Origin: Macrostomum lignano | Lineage: Eukaryota | DNA length: 64,000 nt | Assembly (NCBI GenBank): GCA_002269645.1 | Contig: NIVC01000593.1 | Coordinates: 243,454-307,453 of the forward strand | Reading direction: 5' to 3' | Shown here: piece by piece, positions 46,901 to 59,184 of the stretch | Layout of the letters: every line of letters begins with the position of its first letter | How positions within the stretch are numbered: position 1 is the first letter of the stretch | Program-made: the position numbers and the translations under genes | The notes under the pieces: generated by a model | The model's database searches: none | The model's input: the letters and a program-made list of their open reading frames with translations, nothing else | Told to the model about the DNA's origin: nothing

Positions 46901-47947
46901 CGGAGCAAAATGAAGTCCAGCTTCATTCGTACTCGTCGTTAGGAATTCCAGACAGAAGGTAAGAAAAGCGTCAATTAACGAGTAGCACTCGTACCGGTAC
47001 ATAAAAACAGAACCATCTTACACCCTGATTTGGTTGCTTCTCATCTATCCGATGTGCAATCAGCTTTACGCCTTTACGCTCAATCATGCCCAAGTAACTC
47101 ACAACTAACTATAATAACACATAAATAACTCGGCGTTTGTAGCTGAAAAAGGTCTCATCTGCCCAGCACCCCCTCTGTGGGAATTTCTTGCATTAAAAGT
47201 AACTGAATGACTTAATTATACGTGTACACAGGTACTCGTACATATTTAACTGAAATTTTTTGCAAAGAGTTCGATACCTTGGTTTGACCCAATAATTTCC
47301 TGGATATTATAGGAAGAACTGCCTTTTCTAATAAGCGCTTTAGAACTGTACAGAGTTTTGCTGTCCTATGCTGTAAACAGGTATTCATTTCACCCTATAG
47401 CTACTGGCCTTAGGTTTGCACGCTCGCATAAAATATCAAGGATAAAAACTTTTGACAGCCTGCATGGGTTTATAGCAGTTTGCTGTGCCCAATCTAGGCG
47501 TTGTCGAAGAAATGCAAATTTATGCTTAGTTGTTTATTATTCTTTTATTGCACTTTTGTACATCTGCATGGAATCTGTCTGTTCATTCTGCAAACGGAAC
47601 GCAGGTCAAGGTAAGTATTGTACTCGTATGTAGCTTGTGCTTATCATGTTTTAAGTTTTTTTAATCAAGCATTGGTCTGTTGCGTCCGGCTCTATCCTGT
47701 GTACGCTTGAGAAGATTTCTAACGCCATTAGATAAAATGAAGTGTACCGAATGGTGCGGGTTTATATTATGCTAACGTTAATTGCGGTAGAGACACATTT
47801 CTGCGGTCATTTTTGCTCCGTGTTCTTAATTATAGTCTATTTTTTAGTTGTTATTTTAACCATGCGATTAGGACGAAAAGATCTAAAACCAAGCTGAGAA
47901 CTTCTGGCAGACGCAATCTTAAAAAATAAAAGCTAAGGACTACAAGG

Positions 47948-48325
47948 ATGTGCGCCTACTTGCATATAAACTTCATACTTCTGCTTTTGTGGCTATTCTA
48001 TCCAACTATTACTGCACCGCCGCCAGTGCTCAAGGCAGCTTGCCTGCGTTCGAAGCCCGACGTTGAGCCCTACGCTCAGACGCTTCTTGTTACAGATCGA
48101 ATCCCGGGGAAGCTACCAAGCAGTCCCAGAGGTTGCCTGCAGCCTTCACCAGTCAAAAATGTTAAGTGCACGCTCGATTTTCAAGTTCCGGAAGTGTACG
48201 CAAAATTATCGGCTACTGATTCCAAGAGTTACTTGCTAGTGAAATCGACCGAGGACGCGATGCTGGGATTTCGTAAGATTTACTGTAACGCGGAGGTTTA
48301 TGTGTCCGGTTTTGATTTCGATTAG
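47948..48325 (+). CDS. Orphan secreted protein, 125 aa
   Basis: ATG start, signal peptide INFILLLLWLFYPTITA, 4 Cys in the mature part, candidate 5'-UTR intron (GTAAGT 47611 ... CAG 47910), AATAAA at 48737. Confidence 0.6.
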   Translation: MCAYLHINFILLLLWLFYPTITAPPPVLKAACLRSKPDVEPYAQTLLVTDRIPGKLPSSPRGCLQPSPVKNVKCTLDFQVPEVYAKLSATDSKSYLLVKSTEDAMLGFRKIYCNAEVYVSGFDFD

Positions 48326-50329
48326 TAAACATTCTAACTTGGTAAAGACTTTTGCTTGAATCGCGTTTGAAAAACACTGACTTTTCTCAACTGATTATTG
48401 CCAGAAGTTAAATGCTTAAAAATTTGAAAATTTCAGGAGCTACATTTTTTGTACAGTAATGTTTTTTCGATAATTTTTTATGCAAAAGTTTATATGTTGT
48501 TTCTTTATTTTGTTTTTTACTATAAGTACACAATTTTAGTTTTGAATTCATGTAAATACATAATATAACAAATACAATAGAACACCAATATTTTGCCTAA
48601 GACGTACATAAGTGAGAATAATGCTAAAATATTCTGTGGCTGCTTGCATATGCATGTTTAACTGTACTAATTTTGTGCACTAATAACTTTTGCAGTTAAT
48701 GACGCCATATGTAACCATATTTATAGCTTATTTCTAAATAAAAAGATTCGAGATATGGTATAGAAATTTTGTCACTATAACTTCTAGATCAGAGAAAATA
48801 CTTGTTCAGAAAACTTCCTTTGAGTCTCCAGCAACAATAGGTGGTTTTATCAACGCAGTTTTGTATTTGGCAATATTCATCAGATCCATAAATCTGCTAT
48901 TTTAAATAATTGGAGAAATAGCGATATGTATGTTGCGTAGCTGTATGCAATTTATAAAAATCGCGATGATGTTTATCGCGATAACAGTAATTTCCATTTG
49001 GGGGAGGAGATTTCACCTCGCTATCAATATATGTATTCATTATATGCATGAAATAATATTGATAACAACGTGGTAGTAGGGCAATGCTAAGCTGCATAAA
49101 TACTTTTTTATTAAAACGAATTGTTGAATGAATGCGGCCTGTAGCTGGCGTTGTAGTACGTTGGTAATCCTCGTCCGCGTATGGCGCCAGTACCCACTTA
49201 CTTCCCCAAAATCGAATCGCATTTTAAGTGTGCATTGTTACGCTTATGCAGCTGTTCCCTTCTGACACCTTGCAATTAAATGTTGGTTCGTTAGTAATCG
49301 TTACAAAAAAACTGGCTTGGCCTATAGATACGCTCGTAGTCGTATGTACTTTTAACGATTTAGCCATCCCATGTCCCAGACTAAAATTTTCCAAAACATA
49401 TTTTTTCAATAAAATTCACACAGCAAGACTGAGAAGAATTATTTAACAAAAGTCACAAATTCATCTACATAAAGCTCCTATCGATTTGTTTTAATTAAAA
49501 AGTTGCGTTCCTCCCGCAGTTTAACTTTTGCAAATGGAGCTGCTTTATGTAAAAACATGCTAGCTAGATCGCAGGTCGCTTCGTTCGTGGCTTCTGTGTC
49601 ACTGCATAGCAGTTAGCTGGAAAAAAAAGAAATGCTTATTGTACACTGGTCCTGACTAATTTTACTCGTACATCAGACTCAAATACTGCACCTTGACTGT
49701 ATCTGATAGCAACAGCTGTAACTTTAAAATGTAAGCTAGGCTATTATTTTCGTAGCTACCGTATCGACGAAATTTAATTTCGTAACAAAAGCTCCTGTTG
49801 AAGTGAAAAAAGTAGCTTAAAACTTTGAACTGAAAAATATTAACCGTTTTCGTTCCATTAAAGGCTAGAAAACACTTTTTTGATACCATGTTTTAAAATA
49901 AAGCTGAATTTTATAATATTATTACTTGTATTCAATGTTCAAGAAAACATTCCTAGTGTTTTTATTGTTCAAATTTTCCAAATGTATGCTATTTCCAAGT
50001 GTATTTCTCTCATCTTTCTGTCTATCTTATATTTCTTATTTTTTAGAACCTAAATCATGCATTTTATTAAAAAAAATCTATCTCTCTTTTACTTTCTAAA
50101 GTGTCAAAAATTGAGATTCAAGCCTACAACTATTCTTTAACCTATTCTGTCATATAAACTCTTTCTTAACTGGTGTTGTCCACTGAGATCGAATCCTATA
50201 GTTTATCCCATAGCGCAATACTCATTATTAACCAGCCTGTTAGTATTATAATCATTTTAAATGGCGAAGATCTTATCAAGATTTACATTAGGAGCCCATT
50301 ATAATTCCAGATCTTATAAAACTTGAAAC

Positions 50330-52727
50330 ATGTCCGGAGATGAGTCAAGCCCAATTGACCAAAGTGTCTCCAATGAAGAAAAGAATCTCCCGCCAACACT
50401 TCTACTGGAGAAGCAGCAAAACAATTCGCCACCAGCGACTTCTGAGGCTGGTGAGCAGCAATTTCTCGCTGTGCATGTTGGTCCTGGAGACGTCCCTACT
50501 GGGGCCACACGACCCAAGCTGTGTACACTGTCAGCTACCGGACCAACCTGCCGCAGTTCGCCAGCTCCGAGGGCTCCATCAGGCGCCGTTTCGCCGACTT
50601 CGTCAGCCTGTGGTGCCGCCTGCACGACGGATTCGCCAAGTTCGGCGTCGTCCTGCCGGCTCGCCCGCCCGACCGGCCGCTGGCTGAGGCCGCCCGGGCT
50701 CGAATCTTCGGCGGCGGTGGCGGTGACTCGGGCGAAGCTTCGAACTCCTCCTTCCAGCAGTCAGTCAGCTTCGCCAATCGGCGCCGAGCCCGCCTGGCGC
50801 GCTTTTTGGCGCGCTGCGCCGACCATCCCGACCTGAGGAACAGCCGGGAGTTGCTCGACTTTCTCGAAGGACGGGACGGGCAACCCGCTGTGGCTTCGAG
50901 CGGCAGCGGCGGCGTCGGGGCCGTTCGAGCTCTGGCTGCCTCCATCGGCGACTCGGTGGCTGCGCTGGGGCTTCAAGGAGCTCTGGCTGCCGACGAGGAG
51001 CCCGATGAGGTAAGTGGGGAACTGCAGCTCCAAGCCTGGCTGAAGGCCTGACTTACTCGTAGCTGCAGGGGGCACCGACCAGCGGTTGCAGCAAGGAAGC
51101 CGAGGGGACCGCCTATTCCGCTAGCCCTTCGGGGAACCCGTCGGCCTCGGTCCTCCTCACCGGCGGTAGGGGAAGAACTCAGCTCGTCTTCGTGCCCCTG
51201 AGGTACCTAAGGTATGCTCTTCGCCTTAAACGTCTGGGGAGAACCAGGTTTGGCTCGAGGTGAGTGAGCCTAGCCCTGTTGAAGACAGGGCAGTGGCAGA
51301 TAGAGGTACCGGGTCCTGAAGAGGGCCATGCTGACTGCTCTAAGATCACTTCGGTTGAGCCTAAGGAGTGCTCTGCACAGGAGGGGCAGGGCAGGGGACG
51401 GCAGCACGGGATTCCCCGATTGCACGGAAGATAACACACCTCCAACCTTACCAGCCAGTTACTTGGCAGATCCTCACAGGCCCAGGTCCTCAAAAAAGCC
51501 ATATGTTGCCCATTTTCTCATGTCTTGACAGATGAGAGTTTTATAAATACATGTGCAAAAATTCTGTTAATTTGCGTAACTTTTTACTTTTAAGTAGCCA
51601 GGATTAGGCGACTTAAAATGTTCGAGCATTTCTCTTATAATTCTACCCGCTCCCTCGCCGTCTCATCCGAATTCCCAAGTGGTTCGCCGACCGCTACGAC
51701 GAGCTGGACGACGCGGCCGGACGCCTCGGCCGCCTGCGCGCCTGTCTGGAATCCGTGGCCGGGCAGAGGCGCACTTACGCCAGCCAGACTGGCCGGCTGG
51801 CCGAGAATCTCGGACGCTTGGCCGGCACGCAGCGGAATGCTGAATTAGGACTCGCACTGGGCCGCATGGCGCAGTCCATTATCAGCTTGTGCCAGCTGCA
51901 GGTGCGGCAAGGATGAGTACTCCTTCATCTCTCTTGGCCTTAATCCTCCCAGATCCTCAGCTCAGCTCAGGATCAGCTCAGCTGGCCTCAGCTAGGCCAG
52001 CTTCCCAGATCCTCAGTTGCTAGGCCAGCCTCCCAGATCCTCAGCTGCTGGGCCCACCTCCCAGATCCTCAGCTGCTGAACCACCCTCTCAAATCCTCAC
52101 CTGCTGGGTCACTGCAACCCTCCCAGATTCTCACCTGCTGAGCCAGCCTCTCAAGATCCTCACCTGCTGGGCCAGCCTCCAAGATCCTCAGTTGCTGGGC
52201 ATTTAATACATTCGCCTCTATCCCCGTCCTCTTCCATCGCAACGAAGGCGTCCCAAGCTGAAGTTGAAGAGCTCGAACTCTGCGACCTTCTCGCCGACCA
52301 TAACGACGGCCTCGCCAGCCAGCGCGACTGCCTGACTGAGCGGGCGCGCGCTCGCCGCGCTCTCTCCGACGCCGAAACGGCGCTAAACAAGCGCCGGGAG
52401 GCCCGAATTCGCGCCGAGCTGGCCGGTCGTGCCGCCGCTTCCGGCCCCAGCCCGGCCGACATCGAGGCTCTCGAAGATGAAGTCGAACGCCGACAGCTCG
52501 ACTTCGAGGCGGTGTCGCAGGCGGCCAGACGGGAGCTCGCCAGAGCCGATCGTCGTCGCGATGTCGAGCTGCGGGCCGCCGTGGCCGCCTGCTTGCGGAG
52601 TCAAGCCGAAGCGGCCAGGCGCGCCCTGATCGGCCTGGAGGCGGCGGCGTCCGAGACGGCCGAGCTTCTGGCGCCGGCTGACCGCGCGGTTAGCCAGTCG
52701 GTGACGGGTTCTTCGGCCGATTGTTGA
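50330..52727 (+). CDS. SNX1: SNX1/SNX2-like PX-BAR sorting nexin
   Basis: Exons: 50330-~50450, ~50519-51009 (VYTVSYRTNL, RRFADF, RRARLARFL...HPDL...FLE: PX), 51680-51901 (WFADRYDELD...), 52248-52727 (ALNKRRE, DFEAVSQAARREL: BAR). Frame discontinuity at 50450-50520, see findings. SNX1 versus SNX2 not resolvable. Confidence 0.85.
51945..52200. repeat. Degenerate copy of the 28-bp CCAGCCTCCCAGATCCTCAGYTGCTGGG minisatellite
   Basis: Fills the last SNX intron; same family as 1-733. Confidence 0.9.
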
Positions 52728-52924
52728 AGAAATTGAATTGGTGCCAAATTTTGTTTGTTATTCTTTTCCAGTTGTAACGCTCTAAGATGGTGCTGCGTTG
52801 TTTAATTTAGATTTCATCTCTTTTGACCTTTTTTGATACGGTTACATTGGTTTTTATCAAGTGAACAGCAGCTGCGTCTTGACCTTTTGACTTGTTTATT
52901 GTACTTTCAACCTTTGAACTTTTC

Positions 52925-55000
52925 ATTCCCTTCCTGACCCATTCCTTCCTGACCCATTCCTTCCTGACCCAATCCTTCCTGACCCAATCCTTCCTGACCC
53001 AATCCTTCCTGACCCAATCCTTCCTGACTCAATCCTTCCTGACCCACTCCTTCCTGACTCAATCCTTCCTGACCCACTCCTTCCTGACCCAATCCTTCCT
53101 GACCCACTCCTTCCTGACCCAATCCTTCCTGACCCAATCCTTCCTGACCCAATCCTTCCTGACCCAATCCTTCCTGACCCAATCCTTCCTGACCCAATCC
53201 TTCCTGACCCAATCCTTCCTGACCCAATCCTTCCTGACCCAATCCTTCCTGACCCAATCCTTCCTGACCCAATCCTTCCTGACCCAATCCTTCCTGACCC
53301 AATCCTTCCTGACCCATTCCTTCCTGACCCATTCCCTCCTGACCCATTCCTTCCTGACCCATTCTTTCCTGACCCACTCCTTCCTGACCAATTCCTTCCT
53401 GTCCTATTCCTTCCTGACCCAATCCTTCCTGACCCAATCCTTCCTGACCCATTCTTTCCTGACCCATTCCTTCCTGACCCAATCCTTCCTGACCCAATCC
53501 TTCCTGACCCAATCCTTCCTGTCCTATTCCTTCCTGACCCAATCCTTCCTGACCCAATCCTTCCTGACCCAATCCTTCCTGACGCAATCCTTCCTGACCC
53601 AATCCTTCCTGACCCAATCCTTCCTGACTCAATCCTTCCTGACCCACTCCTTCCTGACCAATTCCTTCCTGTCCTATTCCTTCCTGACCCAATCCTTCCT
53701 GACCCAATCCTTCCTGACCCATTCTTTCCTGACCCACTCCTTCCTGACCCAATCCTTCCTGACCCACTCCTTCCTGACCCAATCCTTCCTGTCCTATTCC
53801 TTCCTGACCCAATCCTTCCTGACCCAATCCTTCCTGACCCAATCCTTCCTGACCCAATCCTTCCTGACCCAATCATTCCTGACCCAATCCTTCCTGACCC
53901 ACTCCTTCCTGACCCAATCCTTCCTGACCCAATCCTTCCTGACCCAATCCTTCCTGACCCAATCCTTCCTGACCCAATCCTTCCTGACCCAATCCTTCCT
54001 GACCCAATCCTTCCTGACCCAATCCTTCCTGACCCAATCCTTCCTGACCCAATCCTTCCTGACCCAATCCTTCCTGACCCAATCCTTCCTGACCCAATCC
54101 TTCCTGACCCAATCCTTCCTGACCCAATCCTTCCTGACCCAATCCTTCCTGACCCAATCCTTCCTGACCCAATCCTTCCTGACCCAATCCTTCCTGACCC
54201 AATCCTTCCTGACCCAATCCTTCCTGACCCAATCCTTCCTGACCCAATCCTTCCTGACCCAATCCTTCCTGACCCATTCCTTCCTGACCCATTCCCTCCT
54301 GACCCATTCCTTCCTGACCCATTCTTTCCTGACCCACTCCTTCCTGACCAATTCCTTCCTGTCCTATTCCTTCCTGACCCAATCCTTCCTGACCCAATCC
54401 TTCCTGACCCATTCTTTCCTGACCCACTCCTTCCTGACCCAATCCTTCCTGACCCACTCCTTCCTGACCCAATCCTTCCTGTCCTATTCCTTCCTGACCC
54501 AATCCTTCCTGACCCAATCCTTCCTGACCCAATCCTTCCTGACCCAATCCTTCCTGACTCAATCCTTCCTGACCCACTCCTTCCTGACTCAATCCTTCCT
54601 GACCCACTCCTTCCTGACCCAATCCTTCCTGACCCAATCCTTCCTGACCCACTCCTTCCTGACCCAATCCTTCCTGACCCAATCCTTCCTGACCCAATCC
54701 TTCCTGACCCAATCCTTCCTGACCCAATCCTTCCTGACCCAATCCTTCCTGACCCAATCCTTCCTGACCCAATTCTTCCTGACCCAATCCTTCCTGACCC
54801 AATCCTTCCTGAACCAATCCTTCCTGACCCAATCCTTCCTGACCCAATCCTTCCTGACCCAATCCTTCCTGACCCAATCCTTCCTGACCCAATCCTTCCT
54901 GACCCAATCCTTCCTGACCCAATCCTTCCTGACCCACTCCTTCCTGACCCATTCCTTCCTGACCCATTCGTTCCTGACCCAATCCTTCCTGACCCAATCA
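52925..55000. repeat. 15-bp minisatellite (TTCCTGACCCAATCC), about 138 units
   Basis: Direct reading; variant blocks repeat at a 960-bp offset. Confidence 0.97.
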
Positions 55001-55627
55001 TTTTATGCTGACAAAATTTTCACTACAATCTCAGAATAGTCACTGCATAATTTTTGTTAATTGCAGTGTTATTTTTTAATCTCGTTTTATTTACAGATTT
55101 TCTACAAGTAATAGTAACAGACGGACACAGACATGCTGTTTCATCAATATTCCCGAATATTTCCGAACACTCAAAGTTGACTTGCGTGCGCCTAGTGAAT
55201 TCAGGAACCTTCTCCATCTGCGATGCAGTGTTTGCCTGGCAGATGCGAGTGCCCTGGGGCGGTGACAGAATGTCTCGGTTTTCCCTGTCTGTGTTTTTTT
55301 AATTCCCACGTATATTATTTGTTATTCAAAAGTCTCTCCACAATATTATCTACGACGTATTATTAATATCGCTACTGTTGTTTTGTTACATTTATTCAAA
55401 ATTAACGCTCAGACACTTTTTCTATAGCATGATGCTTCTCGGATTGAGACATATAGCAGCTATTCAAATTTACCACTTTCGTTATGGACAATATTATTTA
55501 AAATTATAGTATTCTTTTAATATGACCGTAACGAGGTTATATTGAGAATAATTTAAATCTTACAAGACTATATCTATTGCAGCCCTAAATAACTCCGTGA
55601 TTTTATATTTCACCCTCCCAGCTGCTT

Positions 55628-56335
55628 CTCCGCCCTCCCAGATCTTCAGTTGCTGGTCCGCCCTCCCAGATCCTCAGCTGCTGGGCCAGCCTCCCAGATC
55701 TTCAGCTGCTGGTCCGCCCTCCCAGATCCTCAGTTGCTGGTCCGCCCTCCCAGATCCTCAGCTGCTGGGCCAGCCTCCCAGATCCTCAGCTGCTGGGCCA
55801 CCCTCCCAGATCCTCAGCTGCTGGTCCGCCCTCCCAGATCCTCAGCTGCTGGGCCACCGCAGCCCTCCCAGATCCTCAGCTGCTGGTCCGCCCTCCCAGA
55901 TCCTCAGTTGCTGGGCCACCGCAGCCCTCCCAGATCCTCAGCTGCTGGTCCGCCCTCCCAGATCCTCAGCTGCTGGGCCACCGCAGCCCTCCCAGATCCT
56001 CAGCTGCTGGGCCACCCTCCCAGATCCTCAGCTGCTGGGCCACCGCAGCCCTCCCAGATCCTCAGCTGCTGGTCCGCCCTCCCAGATCCTCAGCTGCTGG
56101 GCCACCGCAGCCCTCCCAGATCCTCAGCTGCTGGTCCGCCCTCCCAGATCCTCAGCTGCTGGGCCAGCCTCCCAGATTTTCAGTTGCTGGGCCAGCCTCC
56201 CAGATCCTCAGCTGCTGGTCCGTCCTCCAAGATCCTCAGCTGCTGGGCCACCCTCTCAGATCTTCAGCTGCTGGGCCACCGCAGCCCTCCCAGATCCTCA
56301 GCTGCTGGGCCACCGCAGCCCTCCCAGATCCTCTG
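55628..56335. repeat. Third array of the 28-bp CCAGC...GCTGG minisatellite family (28/34-bp variants)
   Basis: Units CCGCCCTCCCAGATCCTCAGCTGCTGGT and GGGCCACCGCAGCCCTCCCAGATCCTCAGCTGCT. Confidence 0.92.
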
Positions 56336-57594
56336 TTGTTGGGTCACCACAACGCTCCTACAAACTGCAAACGAGTCTAAAAACTCAAAGTCCCTAGGAA
56401 ACCCTTGAGAACTTGACAATTGACAGGTAAGTTTTGAACTGTCTGTGCATAGCTGGTCCAATCTGCCAAATGAGCACGGGAGTTCTTGGAAAAGGCACGA
56501 TTGGCTGGCCATTGAAGCGCGTTCTTCAACTCTGCTTCATTTGTTTCATTGATTTCTTTGGAAAGACAATTGTTAAGAAGGCCGACTCCGAGGCCCCTAG
56601 ATACTTGGGTTCGTTGATAAATGTTCTGCATTGCGAGAGTTCAAAGAAAATTTAGTAGTTAGCCTGATGTCCTGAGTCAAATTTCTCATAATTCCATGGG
56701 ATTTATTAGCCTTTAATTCCGTCCGCAGTCCAGAACTAAGTTCCATTGCAAAACTTTCTCAGCTTACTCCGAGCGAACTCTGCTACATTTTAAGACTCAG
56801 CTACATCAGCCCAGTCAATGCCGTGCGAGTAAAAGCCGGGATGCAAGAATACTCAATTTCTGTTGTAGCAATTCTGCACCAGACAGATAGCCGTTATTTT
56901 GGACTTTTTCGTGAATTTCATTCGATGGAAACAGAGCAAGCAAGGAAATATTAGCAGCAGCTGAAAATCTCCTTTGTCGCCTTGGGATGAAAAGATTTCT
57001 TCATACTCGTACAGTTCCTAGGAAAATTTGGTACATGCTGTTGCTACATATCATTGATGCGATGTTTGCCGCCATCCTGCTGAAGATTTACAAGTACGAG
57101 AGACACGCTGGCAGCTCAGTTCCAGTTGCACCTGAACCTGAACCAGCTGTACAGCAATTGTGGCTGCCGCTGGCGTCCCGGACTCGGTTGGCAGCGCGGC
57201 CTTCGTGCAGAGCATTGAGGCGCGCCCTGTTGCTCTGTTATTGCTATTTAACTTCATAAATTTCGACAGCGTATTGTTGTTTTTGCTGTTGCTGTTTTTT
57301 AGTTGTTGCCGCTGTTATTTTGTTTTTGTACGCTCGTATGTGTTCTTGTATTTGTTGCTGTTGTTGCTGTTGATTGCGGAGTGCGGCTCCTTCAGATGGG
57401 GACCCAGCCGAGAGAACGCAGGAGCCGCGCCACCAAGTGACCATCGGTAAGGTCGTACTAGCCGATGGGACACTGTGTGTCCGGGTTTCCGGCGCTCTTC
57501 GACACCCGATGGTCTGGGTGCCTCCCCTCCGCGACGAAGACGCAGCGCCGGGCAGGAGCTGGAGCCGGGGCTCCAGGTCGTCCGTAAAGGTCGA

Positions 57595-57604
57595 CAGATG
57601 TTGC

Positions 57605-57646
<42 letters not shown>

Positions 57647-57720
57647 ATTTTTTGTTGTCATTGTTCTTGTTGTTGCTGTTATTGTTGTTGTTGTTGATGA
57701 TGTTGCTGTTGTTACTGTTG
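57595..57720. repeat. (TTG)n microsatellite
   Basis: Direct reading. Confidence 0.9.
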
Positions 57721-58682
57721 TACTCTGCTCTGCTTAACTAAACTCAGACGCAGGGCTGAAATTGATCCGGCTTCATCGCTTGCTGCTCCAATAGCCTCTT
57801 CTCGCTTGATCAGAATATGCAGGTAAATATTGCATATTTCAGCACCAAATTCTCTGTTAGAGCCGAAAATAATGTTTTTCTGCAACCATCCTTTATATAC
57901 TTTCTACAGTATAAAACTGGGCTACTCATGTTTAGTGCAAAAGACTTCGAGCACTGCACCTGTACAATGTCACTCTGTTCCAGATGGTCATTAGTTCGTC
58001 TTCGGCTCACCCAGCTAAAGAAAAGGGAAGTCTGATGTCGTTCTTAATAACAAGCCTTTAATAAGGATTCCCAATGAACAGACTGGGGCTATTGGAGGAA
58101 TGTACTTTTTCTCTCGAAAATGGCGAAAAATATTCTTTAAAAAATGAAGTATTTACTATGACAGATTTTTTAGAACTGCGACATGAATCGAGAGACATAA
58201 AATCGTTAACTACGAGTATTTCGATGGCCAAGTCTCCTGTGAAAACAAATTTATTTACTTCCTTAAATATCTAAACTCATCCCAGATTATGGCATTTGAG
58301 CTTGCCAGTAAATATTGCACATTGATTAACCTTGCAGAGATCCTATTTCTAAATCGTGAAACACGAGTGTACGAACAAGTGCCTGAAACAGTACACCAAC
58401 TGTTCAATGTTGATTGACCAGATCTTGTGGTCAGTAGCTTGTATTACCAAACGTAACTGGCCTTGGTCAGGATTTCTGCTGTTAAATGTGCAGAACGCGA
58501 CTTGGTGCGTTGCAATTAAAGTACAACGCATCACAACAACAGATAAGGGCGCATTATTTGCAATGTAACTTCAGATTTTACATGTATAGGAGAGTTCCCA
58601 GCCTTAACAAACCTACTAAAGAGGGTCTGTCGTCAAGTTTAGTTTAGTCATGCACTTGTTGCAGCCTATTCCAGCTCACTGG

Positions 58683-59089
58683 GGACCTCTGTAGTTTGCC
58701 CCCTCTGTTGCTGACACCCAACTGTAGCTGGTCCCGTGTCCCCTCTGTGACTGGCGCCCCTCTGTTGCTGACACCCAACTGTAGCTGGTCCCGTGTCCCC
58801 TCTGTGACTGGCGCCCCTCTGTTGCTGACACCCAACTGTAGCTGGTCCCGTGTCCCCTCTGTGACTGGCGCCCCTCTGTTGCTGACACCCAACTGTAGCT
58901 GGTCCCGTGTCCCCTCTGTGACTGGCGCCCCTCTGTTGCTGACACCCAACTGTAGCTGGTCCCGTGTCCCCTCTGTAGTTTGCCCCCTCTGTTGCTGACA
59001 CCCAACTGTAGCTGGTCCCGAATCCCTCTGTGACTGGCGCCCCTCTGTTGCTGACACCTAACTGTAGCTGGTCCCGTGTCCCCTCTGTG
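58683..59089. repeat. 57-bp minisatellite, about 7 units
   Basis: Unit CCCTCTGTTGCTGACACCCAACTGTAGCTGGTCCCGTGTCCCCTCTGTGACTGGCGC; about 100 nt downstream of the GPCR stop. Confidence 0.93.
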
Positions 59090-59184
59090 ACTTCGTCTTC
59101 CTGCTGTAGCTGTAGCTCCTTTTGCGGATATTCCGGGGAGTTGGGAAATTTCCGAGTGGCAAATTCCCTAAAGTTTGACGGTCC

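Noticed and set aside
51098-51112. CCGAGGGGACCG, identical to part of the HDV ribozyme P4 stem; CTGAAGA and CTGAGGA hammerhead-like starts
   Set aside because: No P1/P2/P3 pseudoknot or GAAA core could be assembled; most likely chance.
52892-55039. 715-aa and 692-aa ORFs (FLTQS, GSGRI) as real proteins
   Set aside because: A 15-bp unit lacking stops in five frames produces them automatically; no signal peptide or unique domain.
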